Source of the DNA: Candidatus Kerfeldbacteria bacterium CG08_land_8_20_14_0_20_43_14
GTDB lineage: Bacteria; Patescibacteriota; Patescibacteriia; PEXW01
Length of the DNA: 45,442 nucleotides
Assembly (NCBI GenBank): GCA_002774575.1
Contig: PEXW01000013.1
Span: 1-45,442 of the forward strand
Direction of reading: 5' to 3'
Of the stretch, positions 19,556-27,575 are shown piece after piece (position 1 is the stretch's first letter; each line of letters opens with the position of its first letter). Both the position numbers and the translations under genes were made by a program. The notes under the pieces are model-generated. The model was given only the letters and a program-made list of their open reading frames with translations, was not told the origin of the DNA and ran no database searches.

Positions 19556-20077
19556 ATGAAAATTCCATTATTCAAACAGAAGAAAAATACTTGTGGACTA
19601 ACAGCCTTGAGAATGGTGTTGGCATATTTTGGTGAAAAAATTACAGAAAATGATCTTAAGAAACTTACTGGTAAGATAAGTCGATATGGTGTTAGAACGG
19701 TAAAATTGTCAGAGGCGGCGAAGAAACTTGGGTTTGAAACTGAATGTTTATCATATAACAAGTTACTCGCCGGCAGTAAGGCGAAGATCAAGAAGCCTGA
19801 TGTGAAGGTTGTATTAAAATATCTCTGGAGAAGAATACCGGTGATATTAGCCGTTCGGTCTTCGTTGCTCCACAATAAAAAACTGACTAAAATGGGACAC
19901 TTTATAGTCATTAGAGAATATAGAAATGGTTTTTTCCATTATAACGATCCTATGGATGCTAAAATTCATAAGATTAAATCAGAAGAATTTCGATTCGCTT
20001 GGTTTAATAATGTATTAGATTCGAGTGCTTATTTCCTTGCGATATGGCCGAAAAAATCTCTATGGGCTCACAAATGA
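19556..20077 (+). CDS. stand-alone peptidase C39-like cysteine protease
   Basis: Has Gln8 plus NTCGLTALRMVLAYFG (catalytic Cys), MGHFIVI (His) and YNDP (Asp). There is no fused ABC transporter and no signal peptide. Confidence 0.6.
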   Translation: MKIPLFKQKKNTCGLTALRMVLAYFGEKITENDLKKLTGKISRYGVRTVKLSEAAKKLGFETECLSYNKLLAGSKAKIKKPDVKVVLKYLWRRIPVILAVRSSLLHNKKLTKMGHFIVIREYRNGFFHYNDPMDAKIHKIKSEEFRFAWFNNVLDSSAYFLAIWPKKSLWAHK

Positions 20078-20090
20078 AATCAAAAGTGTC

Positions 20091-20588
20091 ATGGGGAATA
20101 AGCCTATGCAAATAGCTATCTTTACAGAAGGAACAGTATTGATGCACGAAAGTGCTATTGGGCACAATTGTGACGAAATTGTTAAGTAGGTTATAAATAA
20201 GAATCCATCTGTAAGGAATTATGCTAATTATGCATCCATTGCTAATGCAGTAGGCAAAATTCAGAATTGGGTCAATCAAGGTATACAAATTGTTTATATA
20301 ACCTCTCGAAAAAAACAGCAGGAGATAGATGAAATTCAAAATGTTTTTAATCAAAATAATTCCCCAAAAGGACTATTAGAATATCGAAAGGCGAATGAAA
20401 AATATAAAGATGTTGTTGAAAGAATAATGCCAGATATTTTAATTGAAAACGATTGCGAAAGCATCGGTGGACAAAAGGAAATGACAATCACCTTTGTAAA
20501 ACCAAGGGTTAAGCAGAAAATTAAGTCGATTGTCGTGAAGGAGTTTCAGGGAATTGATCATCTTCCAGATAGCATTAATTCCCTTTGA
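20091..20588 (+). pseudogene. conserved-looking ORF (possibly HAD-like fold) interrupted by one in-frame TAG
   Basis: A single frame is open from the ATG at 20091 (alternatively 20106) to the TGA at 20586..20588, apart from a TAG at 20187..20189. The 133 codons after the TAG contain no start codon until far downstream. The sequence IAIFTEGTVL...VYITSRK...DILIENDCE loosely resembles HAD motifs I, II and IV but lacks the nucleophilic Asp. Confidence 0.5.
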
Positions 20589-20650
20589 ACTAAAAACAAA
20601 GAATTACTGTAGCGGACTAGGTTTAAATCAATCAGGTAATGCCTAAAAAG

Positions 20651-20679
20651 TTGACTGAATGTCGTTTTTGTGTTAATAT
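20651..20679 (+). promoter_or_regulatory. sigma70-type promoter with extended -10
   Basis: TTGACT (20651..20656), a 17-nt spacer ending in TGt, then TAATAT (20674..20679), 31 nt upstream of the ATG at 20711. Confidence 0.55.
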
Positions 20680-20710
20680 AAAAATATAAAAGCAAAAATA
20701 AACAACAAAA

Positions 20711-22108
20711 ATGCGAAAAAATCAAGGTATTTTAAAGATTTTGACCATCTGCGCTTTAGGGCTTAATTTTTTTATATTTGCCAAAACCAGTCTGGCCGCC
20801 AGTCCCCAAGCCGGCATTTATGAGTCAAATGGCAAATTAGTCAGGAAAATTTCAAACATCCCGATTGGCGCAAATATCGCTTCAGCCGACTTAAACGATG
20901 ACGGTATTTCAGAATTAATTTACGGGACACCGGCTGGAAAAAATCCTGGCATCCGAATGTTAAACTCTGACGGGCATGTTCTTCGAAACATAAAGCTGGA
21001 AAGCGTAAAAAATAAACCGGCGGTCAGGGTGGCGGTCGGGGATATAAATGGCGATGGTAAAAAAGAGATTGTCGCTGGCTTTGGAAAGGGCACCACGCCT
21101 GAAATCTGGATTTTCGACATTGAGGGTAACCGCTTAAACACCTTTTTTGCTTTTGAAGAAGCTTTTAAAGGCGGCGTATATCTGGATGTCGGCGATGTAA
21201 ACGGCGATAAAATAGATGAAATTATTGTTGCACCTGGCCAAGGCGGCGGTCCTTTGATTAAAATTTTCAATGCCGAAGGAGAAAACATTTTTGGTTTTTG
21301 GGCTTATCCAAAAGAAATAAGGACTGGGGTGATACCTGTTGCTATTGATATTAATAATGATAACCGATTTGAAATTGTTACTACTAAGTTGGAAAAAAAT
21401 TCGCTGGTAAAGATTTTTGAGTCAAACGGAAGTCTAACCTACGCTTTTAAGACTGCCAATGTTTTCCCAAACACTTTAAAGATCAGTAGTCAATCCAGCG
21501 TTGGTTTAGAAAATGAAATCGTGCTTGCTGACGCTCCAGGTACTTCTGCGCAAGTCGTTAGCTACTTGCCTACTGGAAAACCCGGGAATATAAAATTCTA
21601 CCCTTATGGCAAGAATCACACCCAGGGACTTTCCGTGGCAACGGCCAACATTGATAATGATGACGATGCGGAAATAATTATTGTGCCAGTCGGGTCTGAA
21701 CAAATGGATGATAATCCCGGCACAGGAAAACTAATTGTCGTGGACATTTCCGAACAAAAAATGAAAATTTATGAAAACGGTAAGTTGATTAAGGTTCACC
21801 GGGTTTCAACCGGTAAATGGTCAATGCCGACCCCGCTGGGAAATTTTACAGTCAAGAACAAAATGAACACGGCCTATTCACGAAAGTACAGACTGTACAT
21901 GGACAACTGGATGGCGTTTACCGCCGATGGGGCTTATGGCATTCATTCCTTGCCATATTGGAAGCTGAAAAACGGAGGTATTTACTATGAAGGCGTTCAG
22001 CATCTTGGTATTAGAGTTTCCCATGGCTGCATCAGGCTTTCACCAGCTGAATCAAGAGAAGTCTTTAATTGGGCTAATGTTGGTACATCGGTTCGGGTGC
22101 AAAATTAA
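20711..22108 (+). CDS. secreted L,D-transpeptidase (YkuD domain) with an N-terminal FG-GAP/VCBS-type repeat domain
   Basis: Signal peptide (ILTICALGLNFFIFAKTSLAA). At least five Ca-binding-like repeats are present (DLNDDGISELIYG, GDINGDGKKEIVAG, GDVNGDKIDEIIVA, IDINNDNRFEIV, NIDNDDDAEIIIV). The C-terminal YkuD core has GIHS and SHGCIRL, with the catalytic Cys codon at 22028..22030. Confidence 0.8.
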   Translation: MRKNQGILKILTICALGLNFFIFAKTSLAASPQAGIYESNGKLVRKISNIPIGANIASADLNDDGISELIYGTPAGKNPGIRMLNSDGHVLRNIKLESVKNKPAVRVAVGDINGDGKKEIVAGFGKGTTPEIWIFDIEGNRLNTFFAFEEAFKGGVYLDVGDVNGDKIDEIIVAPGQGGGPLIKIFNAEGENIFGFWAYPKEIRTGVIPVAIDINNDNRFEIVTTKLEKNSLVKIFESNGSLTYAFKTANVFPNTLKISSQSSVGLENEIVLADAPGTSAQVVSYLPTGKPGNIKFYPYGKNHTQGLSVATANIDNDDDAEIIIVPVGSEQMDDNPGTGKLIVVDISEQKMKIYENGKLIKVHRVSTGKWSMPTPLGNFTVKNKMNTAYSRKYRLYMDNWMAFTADGAYGIHSLPYWKLKNGGIYYEGVQHLGIRVSHGCIRLSPAESREVFNWANVGTSVRVQN

Positions 22109-22139
22109 AGTCTTGCCAAATTTAATAGGGACATGTTAG

Positions 22140-22167
22140 ACTGATTTAAACTCGGTGTTTTTTATAT
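22140..22167 (+). promoter_or_regulatory. candidate secDF promoter, positioned for a leaderless or near-leaderless transcript
   Basis: CTGATT (22140..22145), a 16-nt spacer, then TATATT (22162..22167). The secD ATG lies at 22175, only 7 nt after the -10 element. Confidence 0.4.
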
Positions 22168-22174
22168 TAAAAAA

Positions 22175-23869
22175 ATGTCTTCTCGCAAACGTCTTTGGAT
22201 AAATTTTATTTTAATAGTTTTGCTTGGTATTGCCGTCAGTTATATTGCTTTACCAAAAAAACTACTGCCAAGTTTTAAAGTTTTCGGCAAACAATTTGAT
22301 TTAAGGTTAGGCCTGGATTTACAGGGCGGCTCTTCTTTGGTATATAAAGCTGATACTTCAAAAATCGCCAGTGGAGATCAGGCTGCGGCTTTAGAAAGCG
22401 CGCGGAATGTCATTGAGACCAGGGTTAACGCTTTCGGCGTTTCCGAGCCAGTGGTTCAAACCAGCCAGGTTGGTAGTAGCTGGAGAATCATTGTTGAGCT
22501 GGCCGGGATTAAAGACATCAACCAGGCTATTAAAATGATCGGCGACACGCCGATTCTGGAGTTTAAAGAAGTCGCTGACAGCCAGCCACAAACTGAAGAG
22601 CAAAAAAAAGCTCAAGCCGCGGCTGATGCAGGCGTTAAGACAGAAGCTGAAAAAGTTTTGAAAGAAGCTTTGGCAAAAAATGCGGATTTTTCGGCGTTGG
22701 CCAATCAGTATTCCCAAGACCCAAGCAACACTGGAACCGACGGCCAAAAAAAGGGCGGTGATTTGGGCTTTGCCAAAAAAGGAACTTTTGTGGCTGAATT
22801 TGAAAAAGTGCTTTTTGATGAATTAAAAGATGGCCAGGTTTACCCAAAGCTGGTTAAAACACAATTCGGCTATCATATTATCAAAAGAATTGAAACTAAA
22901 ACTGTACAGGAGGAGGGTAAGGATGTGGTGGAAGTCAGAGGCGCTCATATTTTATTTGCAGTCAGTACCGAGCAAAACCAGGTGAATTTTAAAACAACCG
23001 GTCTTTCAGGTAAGCAGTTGAAAAGGGCGGGTGTGGCCTTTAATCAGTCAACTGGCGAACCAGAAGTTACCCTAAGTTTTGACAGCGAAGGAACAAAACT
23101 GTTTGCCGAAATCACCAAAAGGAATATCGGCAAAAATGTAGCAATCTTTTTGGACGGGCAGATAATCAGCAACCCAACAGTCAATCAGGAAATAACCGGC
23201 GGCGAAGCAGTCATTACAGGCAATTTTACTTTGAAAGAGGCCAAAGACTTGGCCAAGAGGCTTAATGCCGGCGCCTTGCCTGTTCCAGTCAGTTTAATCA
23301 GCCAGCAAACTGTTGGTGCAACTTTGGGCAATGATTCTGTGGCCAGAAGCATTTTTGCCGGACTTTTAGGAGTAATTGTTGTTTCGCTCTTTATGATTAT
23401 TTTCTACCGACTGCCAGGCTTGCTGGCCACTATTGCTTTACTGCTATACACCCTGATAGTTATAGCGATCTTCAAACTTTGGCCAGTAACCTTGACCTTG
23501 GCCGGCATCGCGGGCTTCATTCTTTCCATTGGCATTGCTTTGGATGCCAACATATTAATTTTTGAAAGAACCAAAGAAGAGCTTCACAATGGCAGGCCTT
23601 TGGATGTGGCTATTGAAGAAGGCTTTAAACGGGCCTGGCTTTCAATCAGAGATTCAAATGTTTCCAGCATTATAACTTCAGTTATCTTAATTTGGTTTGG
23701 TTCCAGCATTGTTAAAGGCTTTGCCATTACCCTGCTGATTGGTATTGTGGTTAGTTTGTTTTCAGCCATAACCGTTACCCGTATGTTATTGAGGCTCGTG
23801 ACTAATTTGAACTTTGCCAGAAATCCAAAATGGTTTGGGCTTCGGGATTTGTTTAAACCTAAAGATTAA
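22175..23869 (+). CDS. secD: protein translocase subunit SecD with an inserted parvulin-type PPIase domain
   Basis: SecD N-terminal TM and P1 base (LGLDLQGGSSLVY, VNAFGVSEPVVQ). The P1 head follows (AIFLDGQIISNPTV, RLNAGALPVPV), then the six-TM C-terminal bundle. Residues ~134-266 match PpiC/parvulin (NADFSALANQYSQDP...KKGGDLGFAKKGTFVAEFEKVLF...TQFGYHIIK). Confidence 0.9.
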   Translation: MSSRKRLWINFILIVLLGIAVSYIALPKKLLPSFKVFGKQFDLRLGLDLQGGSSLVYKADTSKIASGDQAAALESARNVIETRVNAFGVSEPVVQTSQVGSSWRIIVELAGIKDINQAIKMIGDTPILEFKEVADSQPQTEEQKKAQAAADAGVKTEAEKVLKEALAKNADFSALANQYSQDPSNTGTDGQKKGGDLGFAKKGTFVAEFEKVLFDELKDGQVYPKLVKTQFGYHIIKRIETKTVQEEGKDVVEVRGAHILFAVSTEQNQVNFKTTGLSGKQLKRAGVAFNQSTGEPEVTLSFDSEGTKLFAEITKRNIGKNVAIFLDGQIISNPTVNQEITGGEAVITGNFTLKEAKDLAKRLNAGALPVPVSLISQQTVGATLGNDSVARSIFAGLLGVIVVSLFMIIFYRLPGLLATIALLLYTLIVIAIFKLWPVTLTLAGIAGFILSIGIALDANILIFERTKEELHNGRPLDVAIEEGFKRAWLSIRDSNVSSIITSVILIWFGSSIVKGFAITLLIGIVVSLFSAITVTRMLLRLVTNLNFARNPKWFGLRDLFKPKD

Positions 23870-23872
23870 AAT

Positions 23873-24775
23873 ATGTACGCTATTATTCAGAAAAGAAGAT
23901 ATTTTTACAGCCTCTCTCTGCTTTTGTTGATCCCAGGTATTTTATCAATGATCATCTGGGGATTTAAATTTGGCATAGATTTTACTGGCGGATCATTACT
24001 GCGTTTGGAATTTTCAAAAAATGTTCCTGCCACGGAAATAATCCAAAGCGCGGCCAAAGACGCTGGCATTAAAAATCTTTCTATTCAAACAACCGAGGAA
24101 AAGGGAATAAGCATGAGATTTGAACCCATTACTAATGACCAAAAGGAAACAATAATCAGCTCACTCAAAAAATACGATGAAAAAATAGTGGAAAGTAGTT
24201 TTGAGACCATAGGTCCAACAATTGGGTCGGAATTAAAAAGAAAATCAATAACCGCCATAGCTATTGTTTTAATTCTGATAGTTTTATATATCAGCTGGGC
24301 CTTCAGAAAAGTATCAGTCGGCCCGGTTCCATCCTGGATTTACGGGGTCAGTGGCATTGTCGCTTTGGTTCACGACCTGGTTATGGTGGTAGGGGCATTC
24401 TCAATTTTTGGGCATTTTTTTGGAATTGAAATAGATGCCCTTTTTGTAACTGCTTTGCTGACTATATTGGGCTTCTCAGTCCATGACACCATAGTTGTTT
24501 ATGATCGAATCCGCGAGAGATTAATTGGCTCGGCTGGCAAAACTTACGAAGAGGTCGTTAATGAAAGTATGAATCAGACTATGGTCAGATCAATCAATAC
24601 TTCCATGACAGCATTGCTAATTTTGTCCGCCTTGGTTTTGTTTGGCGGAGGCACCATAAGGAATTTTGTGCTAGCCCTTTTAATTGGAATTGCTTCAGGG
24701 ACTTATTCTTCAATTTTTGTAGCTTCGCCTATTTTAGTAACCTGGAACAATTTTAGGCAAAGAAGAAAAACTTAA
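23873..24775 (+). CDS. secF: protein translocase subunit SecF
   Basis: Has the GIDFTGG motif and a six-TM RND-like bundle. It starts 3 nt after secD. Confidence 0.9.
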   Translation: MYAIIQKRRYFYSLSLLLLIPGILSMIIWGFKFGIDFTGGSLLRLEFSKNVPATEIIQSAAKDAGIKNLSIQTTEEKGISMRFEPITNDQKETIISSLKKYDEKIVESSFETIGPTIGSELKRKSITAIAIVLILIVLYISWAFRKVSVGPVPSWIYGVSGIVALVHDLVMVVGAFSIFGHFFGIEIDALFVTALLTILGFSVHDTIVVYDRIRERLIGSAGKTYEEVVNESMNQTMVRSINTSMTALLILSALVLFGGGTIRNFVLALLIGIASGTYSSIFVASPILVTWNNFRQRRKT

Positions 24776-24826
24776 AAACAAACCGCTCGCTAATCATTGG
24801 CATGTATTTTATTTTAGACTAAAAAC

Positions 24827-24855
24827 TTGACACAATAACAATAAAGTGCTATATT
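24827..24855 (+). promoter_or_regulatory. near-consensus sigma70 promoter with extended -10
   Basis: TTGACA (24827..24832), a 17-nt spacer ending in TGc, then TATATT (24850..24855), 28 nt upstream of the ATG at 24884. Confidence 0.6.
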
Positions 24856-24883
24856 AGTAAAAGCTACTAAATACGCTTTATTT

Positions 24884-26008
24884 ATGGATAGTGATAATCA
24901 AAATACCGGTTCAATTTTAGACCGAGTATTAAGCCAAAAACAAACTGAAGAAATTGAGCATTTCAACCCGGTTGAAGTCGTTTCTAATATCTTGAAAATT
25001 TTGTCAACGAGAGAAGAAGATGTTTTGCGCAGGCGCTATGGCATAAACGGTAAAGAGGCAGAGACATTGGAACAAATTGGAGAAATTTACAAAGTCACCC
25101 GGGAACGGATCAGACAGATTGAAACCGAGGCGATAAACAAAATTAAAAAGTCTAATCAGACTGGCGGTCAAATTCATCATTTATCTGACGCAATTATTGG
25201 CATAATAAATAACCATGGGGGAATAATGAAAGAAGAGAACTTTATGAGAGAAATTTTAGATCTTCAGGATGACAGACAAACCACCAGGGCTGCGACACTT
25301 TTCATCATCCGTTTTTTGTTTTCTGACAAGCTGAAGCCCCTTTCCGTTGAAGGTGATTTTCATATGGCCTGGCAATTAAAAACCGCGCCCACGCACTTAG
25401 TTGCAGACACAATTCAACAAGCGGAAGAGATATTAAGTTCTGGAAACAAGCCGCTAAAACTCAATGAACTTTTGGAAAAAATCAGACAATCAAAATATGG
25501 TGAAGAGCACAAATTTCAATTAACTGATGAGGCTATTTCTTCGTATATAGAAATAAGTACCAAGCTTGCCAAGAATCCTTACGGCGAATATGGGTTAGCT
25601 GAATGGGGGACAATAGTTCCCAAAAGAATGAATGACAAAATTTATTTAGTTTTGAAAAAAGCCGGCAAGCCTTTGCATTTCAACGAAATAACTAAATTGA
25701 TCAACGAAACAAAGTTCGACCATCGAACTGCTTATTCGCCAACTGTGCATAATGAACTAATTTTAAATGACCAGTATGTTTTAGTCGGCCGTGGTATTTA
25801 TGCTTTAAAAGAATGGGGCTATAAGCCTGGGGTGGTAGCCGATATCCTGATTGATATATTAAAAAAGAGCAACAAGCCGATGAAAAAGGAAGAATTGGCA
25901 GATGAAGTATTAAAACAAAGATTAGTAAAAAAGAATACTATTTATCTTGTTCTAACTAACCGAAAAAAATTCAACAAGCTGCCAAGCGGCGAATATACTC
26001 TTGTTTAG
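24884..26008 (+). CDS. sigma70 region-4 HTH fused to tandem HARE-HTH-like winged helices (no sigma regions 1-3)
   Basis: Residues ~40-88, EEDVLRRRYGINGKEAETLEQIGEIYKVTRERIRQIETEAINKIKK, form a sigma region 4.2 signature. Three or four units follow that resemble the RNAP delta-subunit/HARE-HTH pattern. The clearest is KIYLVLKKAGKPLHFNEITKLI...NDQYVLVGRGIYALKEWGY; another ends ...YGEYGLAEWG. Confidence 0.7.
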   Translation: MDSDNQNTGSILDRVLSQKQTEEIEHFNPVEVVSNILKILSTREEDVLRRRYGINGKEAETLEQIGEIYKVTRERIRQIETEAINKIKKSNQTGGQIHHLSDAIIGIINNHGGIMKEENFMREILDLQDDRQTTRAATLFIIRFLFSDKLKPLSVEGDFHMAWQLKTAPTHLVADTIQQAEEILSSGNKPLKLNELLEKIRQSKYGEEHKFQLTDEAISSYIEISTKLAKNPYGEYGLAEWGTIVPKRMNDKIYLVLKKAGKPLHFNEITKLINETKFDHRTAYSPTVHNELILNDQYVLVGRGIYALKEWGYKPGVVADILIDILKKSNKPMKKEELADEVLKQRLVKKNTIYLVLTNRKKFNKLPSGEYTLV

Positions 26009-26032
26009 TCATTCAAAACAAACTAATCAAAC

Positions 26033-27574
26033 ATGGTAATTGATCTTTCGGCCATGGCTGATGCTTTCCGAGCTTCGGCTGGCAATCCAGTTTTAATGAT
26101 GTGGTTTATCTTCCAAAATGGAGGCTGGCTTGCTGTTGTTATCACTTTTGTAATCGGTTTTAAATATGTTTGGAGAGATTTTATTAACCGCCGGTACATA
26201 AACAAATACTACGCCGGCCATTATGTGCTTTTAGCCATTGATGTGCCAAAGGACAGTGAACAAACGCCAAAAGCGGCTGAACAGATGTTCGCGCATTTTA
26301 ACGGCATTTCTAAACAGCCGATTTTTCCGGAAAAATGGGGTCTGCCTTTCACGGGATTTTTTGGTTATGGTTTCATTCCGCCAAGCATGTCAGTTGAAAT
26401 AGTCAGTTTAGGTGGTTATGTGCAGTTTTTTGTCAGGTGCTTGATAGTCCATCGAGAAATTATTGAATCAGCCATTTACGCGCAATATCCCGACGCGGAA
26501 ATCACTGAAGTCGAAGATTATGTCGATTTAATGCCCAAACCAAGCGAATTGCCGCATGAGGAGTGGGATTGTTGGTCAGCGCAAATTCAGCTTTTTCAGC
26601 CGGATTGCTATCCAATCCGTACTTACCCCATGTTTGAACACAGCATGTCCCAAAAGCTGATAGACCCCATGGCATCGCTTCTGGAAATTATGAATCGCAT
26701 TAGTCCGGATGAGCAAATTTGGCTGCAATGGGTTTTACAGCAGGAGGAATTCCCGTCGATTTGGCGGGAAAAAGCCAAGCAAATTGTCAGTAAACTTATT
26801 GGCAGGAAAAGTGGGGCAAAGGCCAGTCCTTTTGAAATACCTTTGCAGGTGGTTAAAGGCGTAAGGGAATCTATCACCGCATCTTTGCTGCCTATTACTC
26901 ACGAACAGGAAAAGTTTAAAAAGGATGAACCCCCAACCCTGATGTTACATTTGTCGCCTGGAGAAAGAGACACCGTTACTCAGCTTCAGATGAAGCTGAC
27001 AAAAATTGCCTTTAAGGTAAAGGGCAGATTTATTTATTGGGGCAAAACCACGCCTGGTCCTGACGGCATTAAGCCCTACAGCAAAGCCAGGGGAGTGAAC
27101 GGCGTAAATGGAGCTTTAAGGCAATTTGCTTTGCAAGATTGTAACTTTTTTACTTTCAACGCAAAGACAAAGACCAGTGATATTGTGGTACTAAAAGAAC
27201 AACGTCTGCTTTGGCGAAGGCAAAGAAATTTAATTAATTACAGGTTCAGATCAATCTGGCGCGGCCGTAAACCCATGTATTTAAACATCGAGGAGCTGGC
27301 AACAATTTTTCATTTCCCGACCATTGATGTTAAGGCTGGGCAAGTGCAAAAAACTGAAACTAAACGATCAGGCGCGCCGTCTACTTTACCTTTTGAAAGG
27401 CCTTTGCCTATTCAAAAAGTCCATTCAGTATCTTTGCAACCAAAGGCCGGTCCGCCAATCGGTCTGCCTACTGAACCTCCAAAAACTTCGCCGGCAGTTC
27501 AACCACAGCAAAATGTTCAGCAGCCTGCCATTAAAGAACCCGAGGTGCCGGTTAATCTACCTTTTATAGAATAA
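26033..27574 (+). CDS. membrane-anchored protein of unknown family, partner of the downstream ATPase
   Basis: 513 aa with an N-terminal hydrophobic segment (VLMMWFIFQNGGWLAVVITFVIGF). A ~400-aa globular part follows with no motif I recognise, then a Pro/Gln-rich tail. The gene ends 1 nt before the ATPase start. Confidence 0.6.
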   Translation: MVIDLSAMADAFRASAGNPVLMMWFIFQNGGWLAVVITFVIGFKYVWRDFINRRYINKYYAGHYVLLAIDVPKDSEQTPKAAEQMFAHFNGISKQPIFPEKWGLPFTGFFGYGFIPPSMSVEIVSLGGYVQFFVRCLIVHREIIESAIYAQYPDAEITEVEDYVDLMPKPSELPHEEWDCWSAQIQLFQPDCYPIRTYPMFEHSMSQKLIDPMASLLEIMNRISPDEQIWLQWVLQQEEFPSIWREKAKQIVSKLIGRKSGAKASPFEIPLQVVKGVRESITASLLPITHEQEKFKKDEPPTLMLHLSPGERDTVTQLQMKLTKIAFKVKGRFIYWGKTTPGPDGIKPYSKARGVNGVNGALRQFALQDCNFFTFNAKTKTSDIVVLKEQRLLWRRQRNLINYRFRSIWRGRKPMYLNIEELATIFHFPTIDVKAGQVQKTETKRSGAPSTLPFERPLPIQKVHSVSLQPKAGPPIGLPTEPPKTSPAVQPQQNVQQPAIKEPEVPVNLPFIE

Positions 27575-27575
27575 A

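Noticed and set aside
20004-20354. 116-aa minus-strand ORF
   Set aside because: It lies antisense to the much longer plus-strand frame that is open except for one TAG. Its composition is low-complexity and Ile/Asn/Leu-rich, typical of antisense AT-rich sequence.
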